Assembly: GCF_001194135.2 (NCBI RefSeq)
Contig: NC_068982.1
Coordinates: 149,412,055 to 149,476,054 of the forward strand
Length of the DNA stretch: 64,000 nucleotides
Reading direction: 5' to 3'
DNA from: Octopus bimaculoides
Lineage: Eukaryota
The notes beneath the pieces are model-generated. The model made no database searches. It saw only the letters and a list, made by a program, of their open reading frames with translations, and was not told the origin of the DNA. The translations under genes were made by a program, and so were the position numbers. Positions 26,187 to 39,326 of this stretch are shown here, piece after piece. How positions within the stretch are numbered: position 1 is the first letter of the stretch; each line of letters opens with the position of its first letter.

Positions 26187-26379
26187 AATGGGTTTTCTGA
26201 TAATTTTTCCACTTTAATAATTAGATGTTTCCAAGTTTACAAAAGGTCACTCTAATAGGAGTTTCTCGCTTAAAAGCAGTTTGAAAACTGCTTTTCTTTT
26301 AAGCAAAAAACTCCTACCAGAGTCATCTTTTGTGAACTTATAGGCATCTAATTATTAAAGTAGTGGTATGCAAGAGAGA

Positions 26380-26980
26380 CGACTGTGCTAGTATGGTCAT
26401 GCATTGCATATGGATGAGAACAGCTGTGTGAAGAAGTGTCACACCCTAACAGTGGAGGGAACCACTAGTAGAGGTAGACCCAGGAAGACTGGGATGAGGT
26501 GGTGAAGCACAACCTTCAAATGTTAGGCCTCACAGAGGCAATGACAAGTGACCAAGACCTTTGGAGATATGCTGTGATTGAGAAAACCTGGAAAGCCAAA
26601 TGAGATCATAGCAATGGCCAATGCCAGTGTTGCATAACTGGCCCTTTAAAAGTACCCTTCAATTGTTGAGCAATATACTGTGCTTGAGAAGATCTGCTGA
26701 GTCAAGTGAAATCGTTGTTGTGGCTGATGCCAGTGCTGCCTGACTGGCCCCCTTGTCAGTAGCATGTAAAAAGCACCCACTACACTCTCAGAGTGGTTGG
26801 CATTAGGAAAGGCATCCAACTGTAGAAGCCTTGCCAGAATAGATTGGAGCCTGGTGCAGCCTCCTGGCTTGCCAGTCCTCAGTCAAACCGTCCAACCCAT
26901 GCCAGCATGGAAAGTGGACGTTAAATGACAACGATGATGATATTATTGATGATGATGATGTTGATGATGATGATGATGTT
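26380..26980 (+). mobile_element. RTE-clade LINE, ORF2 C-terminus plus 3' UTR
   Basis: Translates to ERRL..YGHALHMDENSCVKKCHTLTVEG..RGRPRKT.DEVVKH..DLWRYAV, running into the abundant 3' UTR and (GAT)n tail. Confidence 0.9.
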
Positions 26981-27779
26981 GAAAAATTATCAGAAAAGTT
27001 ATTTCTATTCTTTTTTCTAATGTGTGAGTGCCAGCGTGCATATATGTGTGTCTGTGTGTGTGTGAGGTAGTCTCTATGTAGTTGCTAAGCCTAATAGATA
27101 TAATAAGCAACCAACTGTCTCTCATATCACCAAGTACAATCTGAAAAAAAGAAGGAAGAACACATTAGAAAATTTAATGCTGGATATATTGAACAAAAAG
27201 GACAGAATGTCTTTGATAGTAGGCTTCCTTGGTTGAGACAGAGCTGGGAAGTACAGATGAAACAACAAATACTACAACAGATCATAAAGCAGATCATAAA
27301 TGCTTGAATTATTCCTCACAAATCCCTGGAAATATTTTATATTTGCTGTTCTTTGATTCCCTGATACACAGATAGCTTCACAATTCTTCATCCGTTTGAA
27401 GCCAACCCATTTTTTGATGTAGAACTGACTGCTTTAAAATGTTTGTATCACTCTTGCTTTTTTGTAAAAACCTTTTGTAAATTATGTTCCAATCATCATC
27501 TTAATGATGTAAAAGTTTTTATTATTTTACTAAATCCTACAAAACTGTTGATTATTATTGAAACACTTAGACAATGTATTTTATTAGAATTATTGTCATG
27601 AAAAGATTAATTATGTCTTTGTAGTTTGTCTTTTGTTGAAGAATAGAAAAACTCTTTGTAAACTTTTTCTACTTGCCAGACTTCTGGACACTGTTCATTG
27701 TTCCTACCACTTGCTCCACTCTGAATACCATTAAATATGTTATATAGATATCAGTATAGCTTTTACTTTTTCTTTTAAT

Positions 27780-28020
27780 GGGTTGTTCTGGAGAATGAAG
27801 TTATGTCCATGGCCTTCACAGGTCTTTTGGGACTCTGAGATAGACATAGTTGATGTTCCCTTTGAAAATCTGCAGATGATGACTACAGAAAAAGTATGGG
27901 CAAAGAGATGATTCCTGAGAGAAGATATTCTGATGTGGAAAGATTGGAGAAAAGTGGTTAGCATGGGAACTAGTGGAGTAGATATTAAATGGGTGGTTCA
28001 GTGGAGGTGGTATGAGACCA
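27780..28020 (-). mobile_element. Possible decayed CR1-type LINE 3' end
   Basis: Minus-strand translation SSHANHFSPIFP..SHHLQIFKGNIN weakly resembles the CR1 motif ..YNLQ.FK..VN. Confidence 0.3.
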
Positions 28021-28218
28021 AACAGATACAGTATGAGAGATAAAATGCAGAGACCTGTAGGTCAAAAGTTAGTGTGTGTCAACTATTATAATTTAATGAA
28101 GGAATAAAAGAAAGCAGTTCACAAGTAAAAGAATGAAACACTGATGTTTAACCCTTTAGCATTTAGATTTCTCTGTCAAATGTAATGCTTTTTATTCACC
28201 TTGATTTCAGTTAATCCT

Positions 28219-28280
<62 letters not shown>

Positions 28281-28495
28281 GTTCAGTAGTTATATTTTTA
28301 TAACGTGCTTTCACTTCACTACCGAGCGCAGCTCTGTGTGCCTTGGGTATGTGCTGTGGTTTGCTGTGATGCTCTTATGGTTACTGTATTGAAAGTGTTT
28401 TGCGTAGGATGTGTGCAGTGCCCAGTAGTGCAATTTTCTGTATGTTATATATATTTGTAAGTCCTGGTATTATTATTATTATCTCATAGATTCAA
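28219..28495 (-). mobile_element. R4/NeSL-type (RLE) LINE 3' end with (TAA)n tail
   Basis: Minus-strand translation IPGLTNIYNIQKIALLGTAHILRKTLSIQ*, then a UTR and a (TTA)n run at 28219-28277. Confidence 0.85.
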
Positions 28496-28809
28496 GATTT
28501 CGATAAAGCAATTACTAAATTTTAGAATGACATTGTAAGGTATGTGTGAAAGGCTGGATCTTGTCACTTTGAACATAAAACAGGCAGAATATTTGGACTG
28601 GATATGGTTGGTTTGAATGCTAAAGGGTTAAACACTTGTAAAACACCTTATATCCAGAGCCAGATTTATGTATGGGTCAATATGGACCATGGTCCAGGAA
28701 CCCATAAGTTTGGGAGGTGGGACAAGCATTGGTGGAGGTCCCTTTAACTCAGAGAAGCCAAAACCTTGGAGTTAAAAATAGAAAAATATATTTAAAAAGT
28801 ACGTTTGAA

Positions 28810-29336
28810 TTGTCAGGCAACACACCGTGCTTGAGGAGACATACTGAGTCAAAATGAAAATCAGAATCAAAACTCAAATCACAATCAAATGGAAATTGTA
28901 GTTGCGACCGATGCCTGTGCCACCTGACTGGCACTCGTGTTGGTGGCACGGAATAAGCACCATTCATATGTGGATCATTGCCAGTGCCACCCCGACTGGC
29001 TCCCCATGCCAGTGGAACATAAAAAGCACCATCCAAACATGGTCAGTGCCAGCCCCCTCCCCTCCAACCAGCTCCTGTGGTGGTAGCACGTAAAAAGCAC
29101 CATCCAAACATGGCCAATGTCAGTGCCGCATGACTGGCTCCCATGCAGTGGCACGTAAAAAGCACCCACTACACTCTCGGAGTGGCTGGCATTAGGAAGG
29201 GCATCCAGCTGTAGAAACATTGCCAGATCAGATTGGAGCCTGGTGAGGCCGCCTGGCTTGCCAGTTCCCAGTCAAACCATCTAACTCATGCTAGCATGGA
29301 AAACAGACGTTAAACGATGATGATGATGATGATGAT
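28810..29336 (+). mobile_element. RTE-LINE 3' UTR copy with tandem units
   Basis: Homologous to 4540-5071 and ends in (GAT)n. Confidence 0.85.
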
Positions 29337-30667
29337 TTCAAATAAATAATTTCTTTTCACTCATTTAAATTTTTTTTATTCAATAGAATTCTTCTACAAT
29401 TATTGAATCCTCTTTTGATTTATTGGGGCAATTTAGATTTTAAAAGCCATTAATTTTAATTAAGTCCCTTTGAATCTACCTAGAGCCTTTTAAGTTGTAA
29501 AGCTTCTTCAAATCTTTTGGAACTCATAGATTTAATGGGGCCCTCTTTATTGTGTTTTAAATAAACAAAATCATAGGAACCCTCAAAACCAGGGGTCCCA
29601 GCAGGTCTAAATCCAGCCTTGCATATATCCTTCAATGATTTCCAGTAAGTTAACTAAACTGTCTACAGTCTCAAATGTCTGTGTGTTTTTTTATGCTAAC
29701 CTTTAGCATAAGAGGCTGTGTGCATGTGTATGTATTTATGTGTGAGTAAATGTCATTAAGTGAATGTATGCACGTCTACATGGATGGATGTGGTTGTGTG
29801 TGTGTGTGTGTGTGATCACATGTGTATCACTATGTGTGCATAATTTTGGTGTAAACTCTCCATATATTTCTAGATAAAAATATGCTGTAGAAGCTATCCA
29901 TTAGCATCTTCAGCTACTGGAAACATAAGTGCTGCTTTGTATTGCACCTGCACAAAAATATAAAGTTACACACACCTACGCATGTCCACACATAGCTCGT
30001 ATAACAAAAGCAATTGCATATGAATGGCAGGAAAACAGTACCTGTAGATACCTGCAGTAGAAAAAATTAATAGTGAAGTAGGCACTATCATACTTAATAC
30101 CAAGAAAATATAAATTAATTGAAACTCCAGCTTTAATGATGAGTAAAATCATTATATTCCTGACAAATTCCAGTTGAAAAAAAAAGGGAAACAACTTTGG
30201 ATTTTTAATTCATTAGAATTAGATATGAAATGTAGTAAAAGAAAAATCTAGTATTTAACAATAAATCGTGTGTGTGTGTCTGTCTGTCTGTGCGTGCATG
30301 CATAATCATATATACATCTATCAAGGTGTAAGTTTTGCTGTGTGTTAAATAAGTTTACTTTGCAATCACACAGTTTCACAGTCAATTCTATTACAAGACA
30401 TTTTTGGCAAGCATCTTCAACCAGTGCCTTGCGAGTAAATTCCTTGATGGAAATTATAATGAGCCCATCATATGTATATTACATATGTGGGATATTTTGT
30501 CTGTGGGTGCGTTTGTGGAGTTGTTAGCTAACTCCACCTACATTGTTTTATAGGTTTTGATGTAACTTGATACATGAGTAGAACTCATGTCTGGAAACCT
30601 CATGGCATACTCAGATATTTGAAAAAAAAATCGATAATAGGGCCCCTGGAAGGAATCCTTATATATA

Positions 30668-31309
30668 TCTAATATATTTCATTTTAACAGTCAAGGGAAA
30701 TAACCCATTCACCCAGATTTTGACAGCCAAGGGAAGTAACCCATTCATTTTCGTAAATCATTCGGTATAAATCAAATTGAGTATGCTTATTTCTTGGTAG
30801 TTGAACTGTTGGAGTTATTTTTGCAATTTATCCAATACAGCCATTAAACAGGTAAATAGTATTTTCCTAAACAATAGATCCACTTATTTCGGTTAGGGAC
30901 TTATTCTCGAATATACCAACACTAGCACCACTGAGGGTAATATTCTCTGGGAATGCACAAAAGCCCTTTTCAAAGTTATTTACTTTGAATTGTTATTATC
31001 TCATATCCGATTTGCCTATTATTATGTAACATGCTTCATGATTTTAGTATACATACCTTATTAGTATTTCCTCCTAAGTTCTATATACTCTGGGAATACA
31101 TTAAAGTCCTTTTCGAGGCTACTTTATTTGAATTTTTACTATCAGGTAATTAATTTCATGTTATTACGTAACTGACTTCACAATTTGGGTATTCATAACT
31201 TATTGGGGATTCCTAAAAACAAGATCCTGTGTAAGATAGTTTGGTATTCTCTGTAAATGCACAAAAACTGTTTTCAGGGCTACCGGGAATTACCAGTTGC
31301 GTCAGCTAG
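30668..31309 (+). mobile_element. Possible non-autonomous Helitron-like element
   Basis: Starts A|TC-taatatat and ends GC-rich ..gtcagCTAG. Internal direct repeats include ctctgggaat.. at ~30945 and ~31089 and aaggga.ntaacccattca twice. Confidence 0.3.
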
Positions 31310-31741
31310 CATATNNNNNNNNNNNNNNNNNNNNNNNNNNNNNNNNNNNNNNNNNNNNNNNNNNNNNNNNNNNNNNNNNNNNNNNNNNNNNNNNNNNNNN
31401 NNNNNNNNNNNNNNNNNNNNNNNNNNNNNNNNNNNNNNNNNNNNNNNNNNNNNNNNNNNNATATATATATATATATAAACACATGCACACACATGTATAC
31501 ATGTATATTCATTCATTTGTTTGTTTTACATCCATTTTTCCATGCTGGTATGGGTTAGGTGAATATGCTCACTCATTTACAGCCAGATGTCCTTCTTGTT
31601 GCTAATCCTTATCTGGCTAACAAGTAAGAGATCTCTTATTCCACAAAGCTTCAGAAGCATCAAGTGAGCAGGACAAATATAAGCAAACACATGTATACAT
31701 GCACATACAAACACATACATATACACATATACATATACATA

Positions 31742-33060
31742 TAAAACTAAAACCTTACTGTGGACAAGGCTGTGTGGCATTCGATAATAAGTAAATAAAT
31801 ATAAAATACATCAAGTACAGGACATCGCCAATGAGTGAAAAATGCGTAAACACAGAAGAGATAAGTATAGGACAAAATACCAAAAATATACGATAATAAC
31901 AGGACATCAGCAACAAGTGAAAAATACATAAACACATAATGAGAGACAAGTATGGGACAAAATACCAAAAGAAGTCTAACCCACTCCTCAGTTGTTGACT
32001 ATTAATTACTCCCTATTTCGAGTTTTCAATGACAAGATAGGAAACCTTCATAAAACAACAGCATCCAGAAATTTTTAAAATATAAAATTTATGGAGGGTT
32101 AGGGCTTCGAATGAACAAACAATGACTGAGTGGATGTACAGAGTAAACAATCGACGAAGACAAACATTAAGGGCCGTTGAGCAAAGACGCATTGTAATGG
32201 GTAATGCCTGGGAGAAATTTTGAAAGGATACAGAATAAATAGAAGAGAAGAAAATAGTAGAAGAGAAAAAAAAGAGAAAAATGTCGAGAGGCGAGAAAAA
32301 TGACATCCAGTTAAATGGACGTCTTGTCCAGAAAAGACAGGTGAGAGAAATGGCCTGTAGTCACGAGGGAGCAAACAGGCAGAGGAGAAGCAGGACAAGA
32401 GAGAGGAGGGAAAAAAACAAAAGGAGTGAGGAGAAGGGAGAAGGAATGGAAGACAGTACGGAGTGAAAGAAAGATAGACAGGGGACAGCAAAGAAGGAGG
32501 GAGAGGAACAGAAAAGAAAGAGGATTATAGAGGGATAGAAAGAAAGAAAGAAAGAGAACAGAGAGTAGAGTCGCAGAAATTATAAAAGTAAAAACTTAAT
32601 GTAGACAAGGCTGCATGATGTTCAATTATAAATAGATAAATATAAAATACATCAAGTGCAGCACATCACCAATGTGTGAAAAATACATAAACACATAATG
32701 AGAGACAAGTACGGAACAAAATACCAAAAGAAGTCTAACCCCCTCCTCAGTTGTCGACTGTTAATTACTCTCTTTTTCTAGCTTTCAACGACAAGATAGG
32801 AAACCTTCATAAAATAGCAGCATCCAGAAATTTTTAAAATATAAAATCTATGGAGGGTTAGAGCTTCGAACGAACAAACAAGAACAGAGTGGATGTACAG
32901 AGTAGACAATCGATGAAGACAAACATTAAGGGCTCTTAGGTCAAGAGGCATTGTAATGAGTAACGCCTGGGAGATTTTTTCCTGTACTTATCTCATGTGT
33001 TTAGGCATTTTTCACTTGTTGGTGATGTCCTGTACTTGATGTATTTTATACTTATTTATT
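31742..33060. repeat. Direct repeat pair (31742-32221 and 32583-32980) plus an ~80-bp inverted partial copy (32980-33060)
   Basis: The copies align visibly and are separated by a GA-rich spacer. The arrangement resembles Penelope pseudo-LTRs. Confidence 0.85.
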
Positions 33061-33339
33061 ATATATATGTATAAATAAGGGAGAAATGAGATGAGAGAAT
33101 AGATGTTTATGCCATTAGCTTACAGCCAAATACATATATATATCATGATAATACTAAAACTTTAGAGATGTTTGTGTGTACCCGAAATATCTAAGAAATA
33201 GTATATTTTATCTTAATTTTGTTTTTGTATATTTATTTTCAAACTTACCTTTGGCAGTGCAGTACAAATTTTTGTGATATTTGGGACTCTATTTATTGAG
33301 GAAAACGATTAAATACAATTTTTGCTTGATATTTCTTAA

Positions 33340-33960
33340 AAGAAAAAATACATCGCTTCTGTGATGTCAACATACATACACACGTACAAAATACACACAC
33401 ATATAATGAATATCCTGGTGTGTCAATCGACACAAACACACGTCCACTATCTGTGACATATACACACATAGTCTTCGGGCTCTCTAAGATAAAAGAACAT
33501 CGACTTTTTGACATACACAATATTTTAATCATTTAGAAATATTTTCAACTGAATGGGATTTCAAAAATGTAAGTTGTTTGTAAAGTAAGTATTTATATTT
33601 TAGCTTTCTTTAAACAGACAATAGTTTAATGTTTTTTTTTAATTATTTTCAAGTGAATGGCAATCTTTCGCTTATCATCCGGAGTTTATTAATTTCCATA
33701 AAAAATTCTTATTTATTTACTTTTTTTTAAGTGAAAGAGAGGAGAAAGTGGAAGATGTATGTACATGTATATGAAATGGATGTGTGTGTGTGAAAGAGAG
33801 AGAGAAAAAAAGTTAGAGAGTGAGTGAAGGGGTATGTTGTCATGTATACGTACATACATCAATACATAACCGTACATCTTTTTTGTATGTACGTGTGCAT
33901 GTGTGTGTGAGTGACAGAGTGCGTGACTGAACGTGTGTGTTCTCATGTATGTGTAAGTGG

Positions 33961-34000
<40 letters not shown>

Positions 34001-34010
34001 NNNNNNNNNN

Positions 34011-34083
<73 letters not shown>

Positions 34084-34564
34084 TACACACGTCCATTTCA
34101 TATACATGTTCATACATCTTTTACTTTCTCCTCTTTCACTTTAAAACAAAAGTAAATAAACATAAATTTTTACAGAAATTAATGAACAAAACCAGCTGAT
34201 CCAGATGACAGTTCTGAGAGTCAAAGCGAAGGATTGCCCCAGGGGAATACCATTACAGAAGATTTTTCGAGTGCATTCAACGTATCTCAGCTCCAAAGAT
34301 TTGGTTACTTTTTCTAGCACACCCTGCTACCACATAACAGTTATTTGCGATGAAGGACCCAAAATACCTGTTACATGGTAGCAGGGCATGCAAGAAATAG
34401 CAGACAAGTCTTTCCTTTTCTGGGGAAAGGAACCGTTTACACGTGATTTCGATGTCACATTAATTGAAAGCATGTGAAATAACCTGGAAAAGAAAAAACC
34501 CACGAAACAAAACTCTGTTGCTGAGTAATTCAAACTTTCCAGCTGACCCAACAGGTCATGGGTA

Positions 34565-34606
<42 letters not shown>

Positions 34607-35060
34607 CAAAACATGGAGTTAGACAATTTTTTGGTATTATTCATTCACCGTTACATATGTTTCATTTGTTAATAGAAATTACAGAATTGTACATGTTAGA
34701 TAGACATGTAAGGAATTTCCTGTTAGAAACTCTTCAGACAGAGAAATCAAATAATATAAATTTTACATTTGGATGAAGAGTTTATATTTCGTTATTAATC
34801 ACGATCAGTATAAATTGTTGGGGTGAAGGAAAAACAAATCATATTACACAGATAAGAAAGGAGACAGAGTTATACACACACACTCAGACACGCGCGCGCG
34901 CGCGTATATACACATATACATTTATACACATAGATAGATATACACACACACACACCTCCTTGAATAGAATGGAATTGCTCTTTTATATTATATAGTATAT
35001 TACAGTCCTACAAGGCCTGTGACTTCTGCAGAGTCACTAGACCCCATAGCGATATCAAAA
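33340..35060. promoter_or_regulatory. CpG-retaining unique region (possible promoter or 5' region)
   Basis: Roughly 30 CpGs by eye, including (CG)n at ~34890, versus few per kb in unique DNA elsewhere. Strong splice signals cluster here. Confidence 0.4.
34311..34397 (-). ncRNA. Candidate pri-miRNA hairpin
   Basis: Minus-strand UUUCUUGCAUGCCCUGCUACCAUGUAACAGGUAUUU-loop-AAAUAACUGUUAUGUGGUAGCAGGGUGUGCUAGAAA forms a ~36-bp stem with 2 mismatches, 4 G:U pairs and a ~15-nt loop. Confidence 0.55.
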
Positions 35061-35524
35061 TTGTTAGGTTTATTTTTCCTAACAACAATTATAAAATGGG
35101 GTGTTTTTGTTTTTTTGTTTGTTTTTTTATGTGCATATATATGTACACTTCTTTAAATGTTGTAGTTATGAACAATAGAATATATGCATATATTTATGCA
35201 TAAGTGTATAGGTATTTGTATGAGTGTCTACTCATATAGATGTATAAATATTATTATGGATTTTATTAATTTTGTTCTTTGTTTTTGTTAAAATAGTAAA
35301 CACACTTGTATCTACGTTTCCTCCTCCCTGCCCATGATGAACTTATGTGTTCTTGTTTTATTTATTCATATAGTTTTTATACATGCACCTGTATTTCTTA
35401 GTCATGTTAAAATAGTCATATGTAACGATTTGTAACCATCTTTCAAATTTAGAATGTGATAATATATGTGTGTATGTATGTATGAACTTATGCATGTGTG
35501 TGTGTATGCATGAGTATGTGTGAA

Positions 35525-35572
<48 letters not shown>

Positions 35573-35753
35573 ACACGTGTGTGTGTATGTATATTTGTTT
35601 ATATATATATATATATATATTATCATCATCATCATTTAACATCTGTTTTCCATTCTGGCATGGGTTGGACGGTTTGACATGTAGCTAACTAACAGGGAGC
35701 TGTGCAAATTCCAGCTGTCTATTGTGGTGTAATTTCATATATACATATATATG

Positions 35754-35802
<49 letters not shown>

Positions 35803-35879
35803 AATTAGTATGTATAGTGCTCAGGTACACTATGACTAATCAAAGGTGCATGTACTGTACATAGAATTATATACAAAAG

Positions 35880-36485
35880 TCAGTGTATGAGCCATGATAT
35901 ACATGTGTGCATCCGTATGGAGGGGGGATATCAAGTGTAGTGTTGGTGAATTTCAGGAAGGATGGAGGATTTAAAGGATGCAATGTCTTGGCAACTAACA
36001 CCTGTTGTAGTTTGTTCCATGCTTCAGCAACTTTGAGTGCTAAAAAATGTTTTTGAAAGTCATGGGAGTTTTCCTGTTTTCTGACTTTGTAGGCATGCCC
36101 ACATGTGTTAGATATATGGAGCTCAAAAAGGTGCTTAGTGTGGTTGTTGGTGCAATGGTTAATAATTTTTTCGGTGTTTACCAAGTCAGTTGCCAGATGT
36201 CAGAGCTTCAATGTATCTATGCCCAGGGAAGCAAGGCGTTCAGAGTATGGTAGATTTCTGATGGAGGGTGTTTGCTTGGTTGCACGTCTCTGAACAGTTT
36301 CCAGGAGGTCAATGTCCTGAGCAAGACAGGGGTTCCAGACTGGTGATGCAAACTTCAAATGTGGTCACATCATAGCAATATACCGCCTTAAATAGATAGC
36401 CGAGAGTGAGTGACAAAGGTTTTGCTGAGTGATGCCAAGTCACCCTCGGCCTTCTTGACAATTTTAGAGATGTGCTTTGTCCAGC
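35880..36485 (-). mobile_element. CR1-clade LINE ORF2 C-terminal fossil
   Basis: PHLKFASPVWNPCLAQDIDLLETVQRRATK..YSERLASLGIDTL..GHAYKVRKQ..KHFLALKVAEAWNKL. Confidence 0.9.
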
Positions 36486-37306
36486 GAGGGATGAGGAAGA
36501 GGAGGAGGAGGAAGAGTGAAGGATGGAATGGAGTAGAGGTGGGGAGTGGTGGAGAGTTGAAGGGAGGGGGAAAAGGAGAACTTAAGACTTGTGTTTAACA
36601 CTAATGAACAATGTGAGATGATAAAAATGTATTAGAGATTTAATGCACTGTTCCAATATTCCTTCTGAATTCATGCCATCAACCTCATCTTGATGCTAGT
36701 GTGGGTTACCTCATTGAGATCCTTAAAGTAAGGAAAAGTGAAAATCTCTCAAATCTCTCTCTAATCAGGCCCTCCTGTCTGAAAAATGAAAGAGTTGCAT
36801 TAAATATTGTAATCTAAAATAAAAATGACTAGTCATGTTTGGAAAGTCTTCCATCATAGGTCTATATAATAGATTGCAGATTTGGTTATAAGCAAAAACT
36901 CGGCAAACTTAAATTCAGACATATTTATTGAAAGCTACTAATTTAAAAAAGAAAAAAAACCCTGTGAGCAGAATGGTTAAGAGCATTTCACAAAAAAAAA
37001 AAACTAAATTAAATTGAAAATTTTGGGTCATGGTTTAATGTAGAGACAGGGACATTTTTGCATTACTATAAGCATGTTTTGAAGAAAAGATTATTTAAAT
37101 AAGTCTTTAAAAAATGTCAAAGATAATCTCTTAAAAATAAAAAGAGAAAAATGAGATAGATATGTTTTTTACAGAGTATTGTTGTTTGCTTTCCAACACA
37201 TTTCAAAATCAGGTATTTTAATGTATATTCGAATAACAGAGCATGGTTTGTCAGTTCTAGCATACGTCTTAAGCTATAACTGCATGTACACAAATGCATA
37301 TATATT

Positions 37307-37341
<35 letters not shown>

Positions 37342-37355
37342 GTGTACATGCATAC

Positions 37356-37399
<44 letters not shown>

Positions 37400-37496
37400 G
37401 TGTGTATGTGTGTATATATTTGTATGTATACATATGCATGTATGTGTGTGTTTGTGTGTGTGTATACATACATACACACACACACATATATATATA

Positions 37497-37985
37497 TCAT
37501 CATCATCGTTTAACGTCCGCTTTCCATGCTAGCATGGGCTGGACGATTTGACTGAGGACTGGTGAACCAGGTGGTAGAGTTTCTACAGCTGGATGCCCTT
37601 CCTAACGCCAACCACTCCGAGAGTGTAGTGGGTGCTTTTACGTGCCACTATACACACATGTGTTTATGTGTGTATACATTTGTATGTATACATATGCATG
37701 TGTGTGTGTATGCATGCATATGCGCGATTGTGTGTACGTATGTATAACTGCCTCTTGCATTGGCTTCATGTAGCAGTTGTAAGTGAATGTCACTGTCATG
37801 CAAGCAGCATCCTTCATTTCCAATCTTCCATGAAAACATGTCTGGTCACGGGAAAATATTACCTTAGTTCGAAACAGGTGAGGGTTGGAGACAGGAAGAG
37901 CATCCAGGCTCAGAAAGTCTGCCTCTTCAGCAAATTCTTTTTGACCCATGAGAGCAAAGGAAAGTGAACGCCAAAGCAATGAGAA
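37497..37985. mobile_element. RTE 3' fragment (37497-37647, minus) and a related-family 3' end (37770-37985, plus)
   Basis: The first matches the common terminus. The second matches 51300-51560 in opposite orientation. Confidence 0.7.
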
Positions 37986-39265
37986 TGTCTACGTAACTCT
38001 CAGCTGCTTAGACATTTCTTTCATGAGTAGGAATTCATTTAATCAAATATCTGAACACTCATCATTGAGAGACCAATAAAGAATCCAGCACCACTAATTT
38101 CTCACAACTACTTTTCAAATGAATTAATGATGAATAAGCCTGTATACTTGTCATTAAAGTTAATTAATTTAACTTGTTCCAGAATTCTATAATAACATTA
38201 GATCTTAAATAATTAAATTTGTTTTATAATTTTGTTATTAGTTTATATCACACTATGTGTAATACAACATTGTATGAGAGCATCTGAAGTTAAGTGCTTG
38301 AAAGGTGTGATAACGAGTCTGTGAATTTTTTCTGTCATTTAGTAAAGCCTATCACCTTCATTTATGTTTGTATCTTCGTTAAAAAATAGCCAAACAAGCT
38401 GACTCAAGTCTCTGTTTCTGCAGTGCTATCATGCCTCTATACATAATGGGTTCTTTCATTTAACTTTGCACTTGTAGAAATGTATCTAGAGTGCTAAAGG
38501 GGGCATTACTTATCTAGCAAGCTAGCTCTGTGTGTGTGTATGTGTGCATGAGAGTGTGTGTGCATGCATGTGTGTATGCATGTGCATGTATACATACATA
38601 CATATATACATACATATACACACACACATATATATATACATACACACACATATATATGCATATATTTATATTTATATATATATTTATATATATATATATT
38701 TATTTATTTATATAGAGAAAGATATATAAATATATTTTATGCATATTATAATACACCTTTTTAATGTGTCTTTTGTTTTTATGAAGTGCCTTCAACCAAT
38801 ACATGAAACATAATGGCACACAATGCTAGAGAAAAAAATGAGGCTGGCTATCTTTTATCTGGAATTGCTGCAGGGTATCAGTATGGTATAATACTATCTC
38901 AGCATGTCAGATACATGTATACACATATTTTGACAAATGCATGCAAAAACGGTCACACTCACATACATATGGCTACACATTCGCACATAGATGTGTACAC
39001 ACTGACATATGTAAATAAAATGTTTTAATAATGGATATATAGTGACAGATAGAGAGTGAAAGAAAGATGGGGAAGATAGTGTGTGTGTGTGTATACATTT
39101 GTGTGTGTGTATACATTTGTGTGTGTGTACATATGTGTTTGTGTGTATGTGTGTATGTGTGTGCATGCATGTGTGTGTGCATGCATGCATGTGTGTGTGT
39201 CTATACATGTTTTCATAAATGTAGTTTATTTATGTATGCCATAAATGATTTATATATGCGTGTTT

Positions 39266-39326
<61 letters not shown>

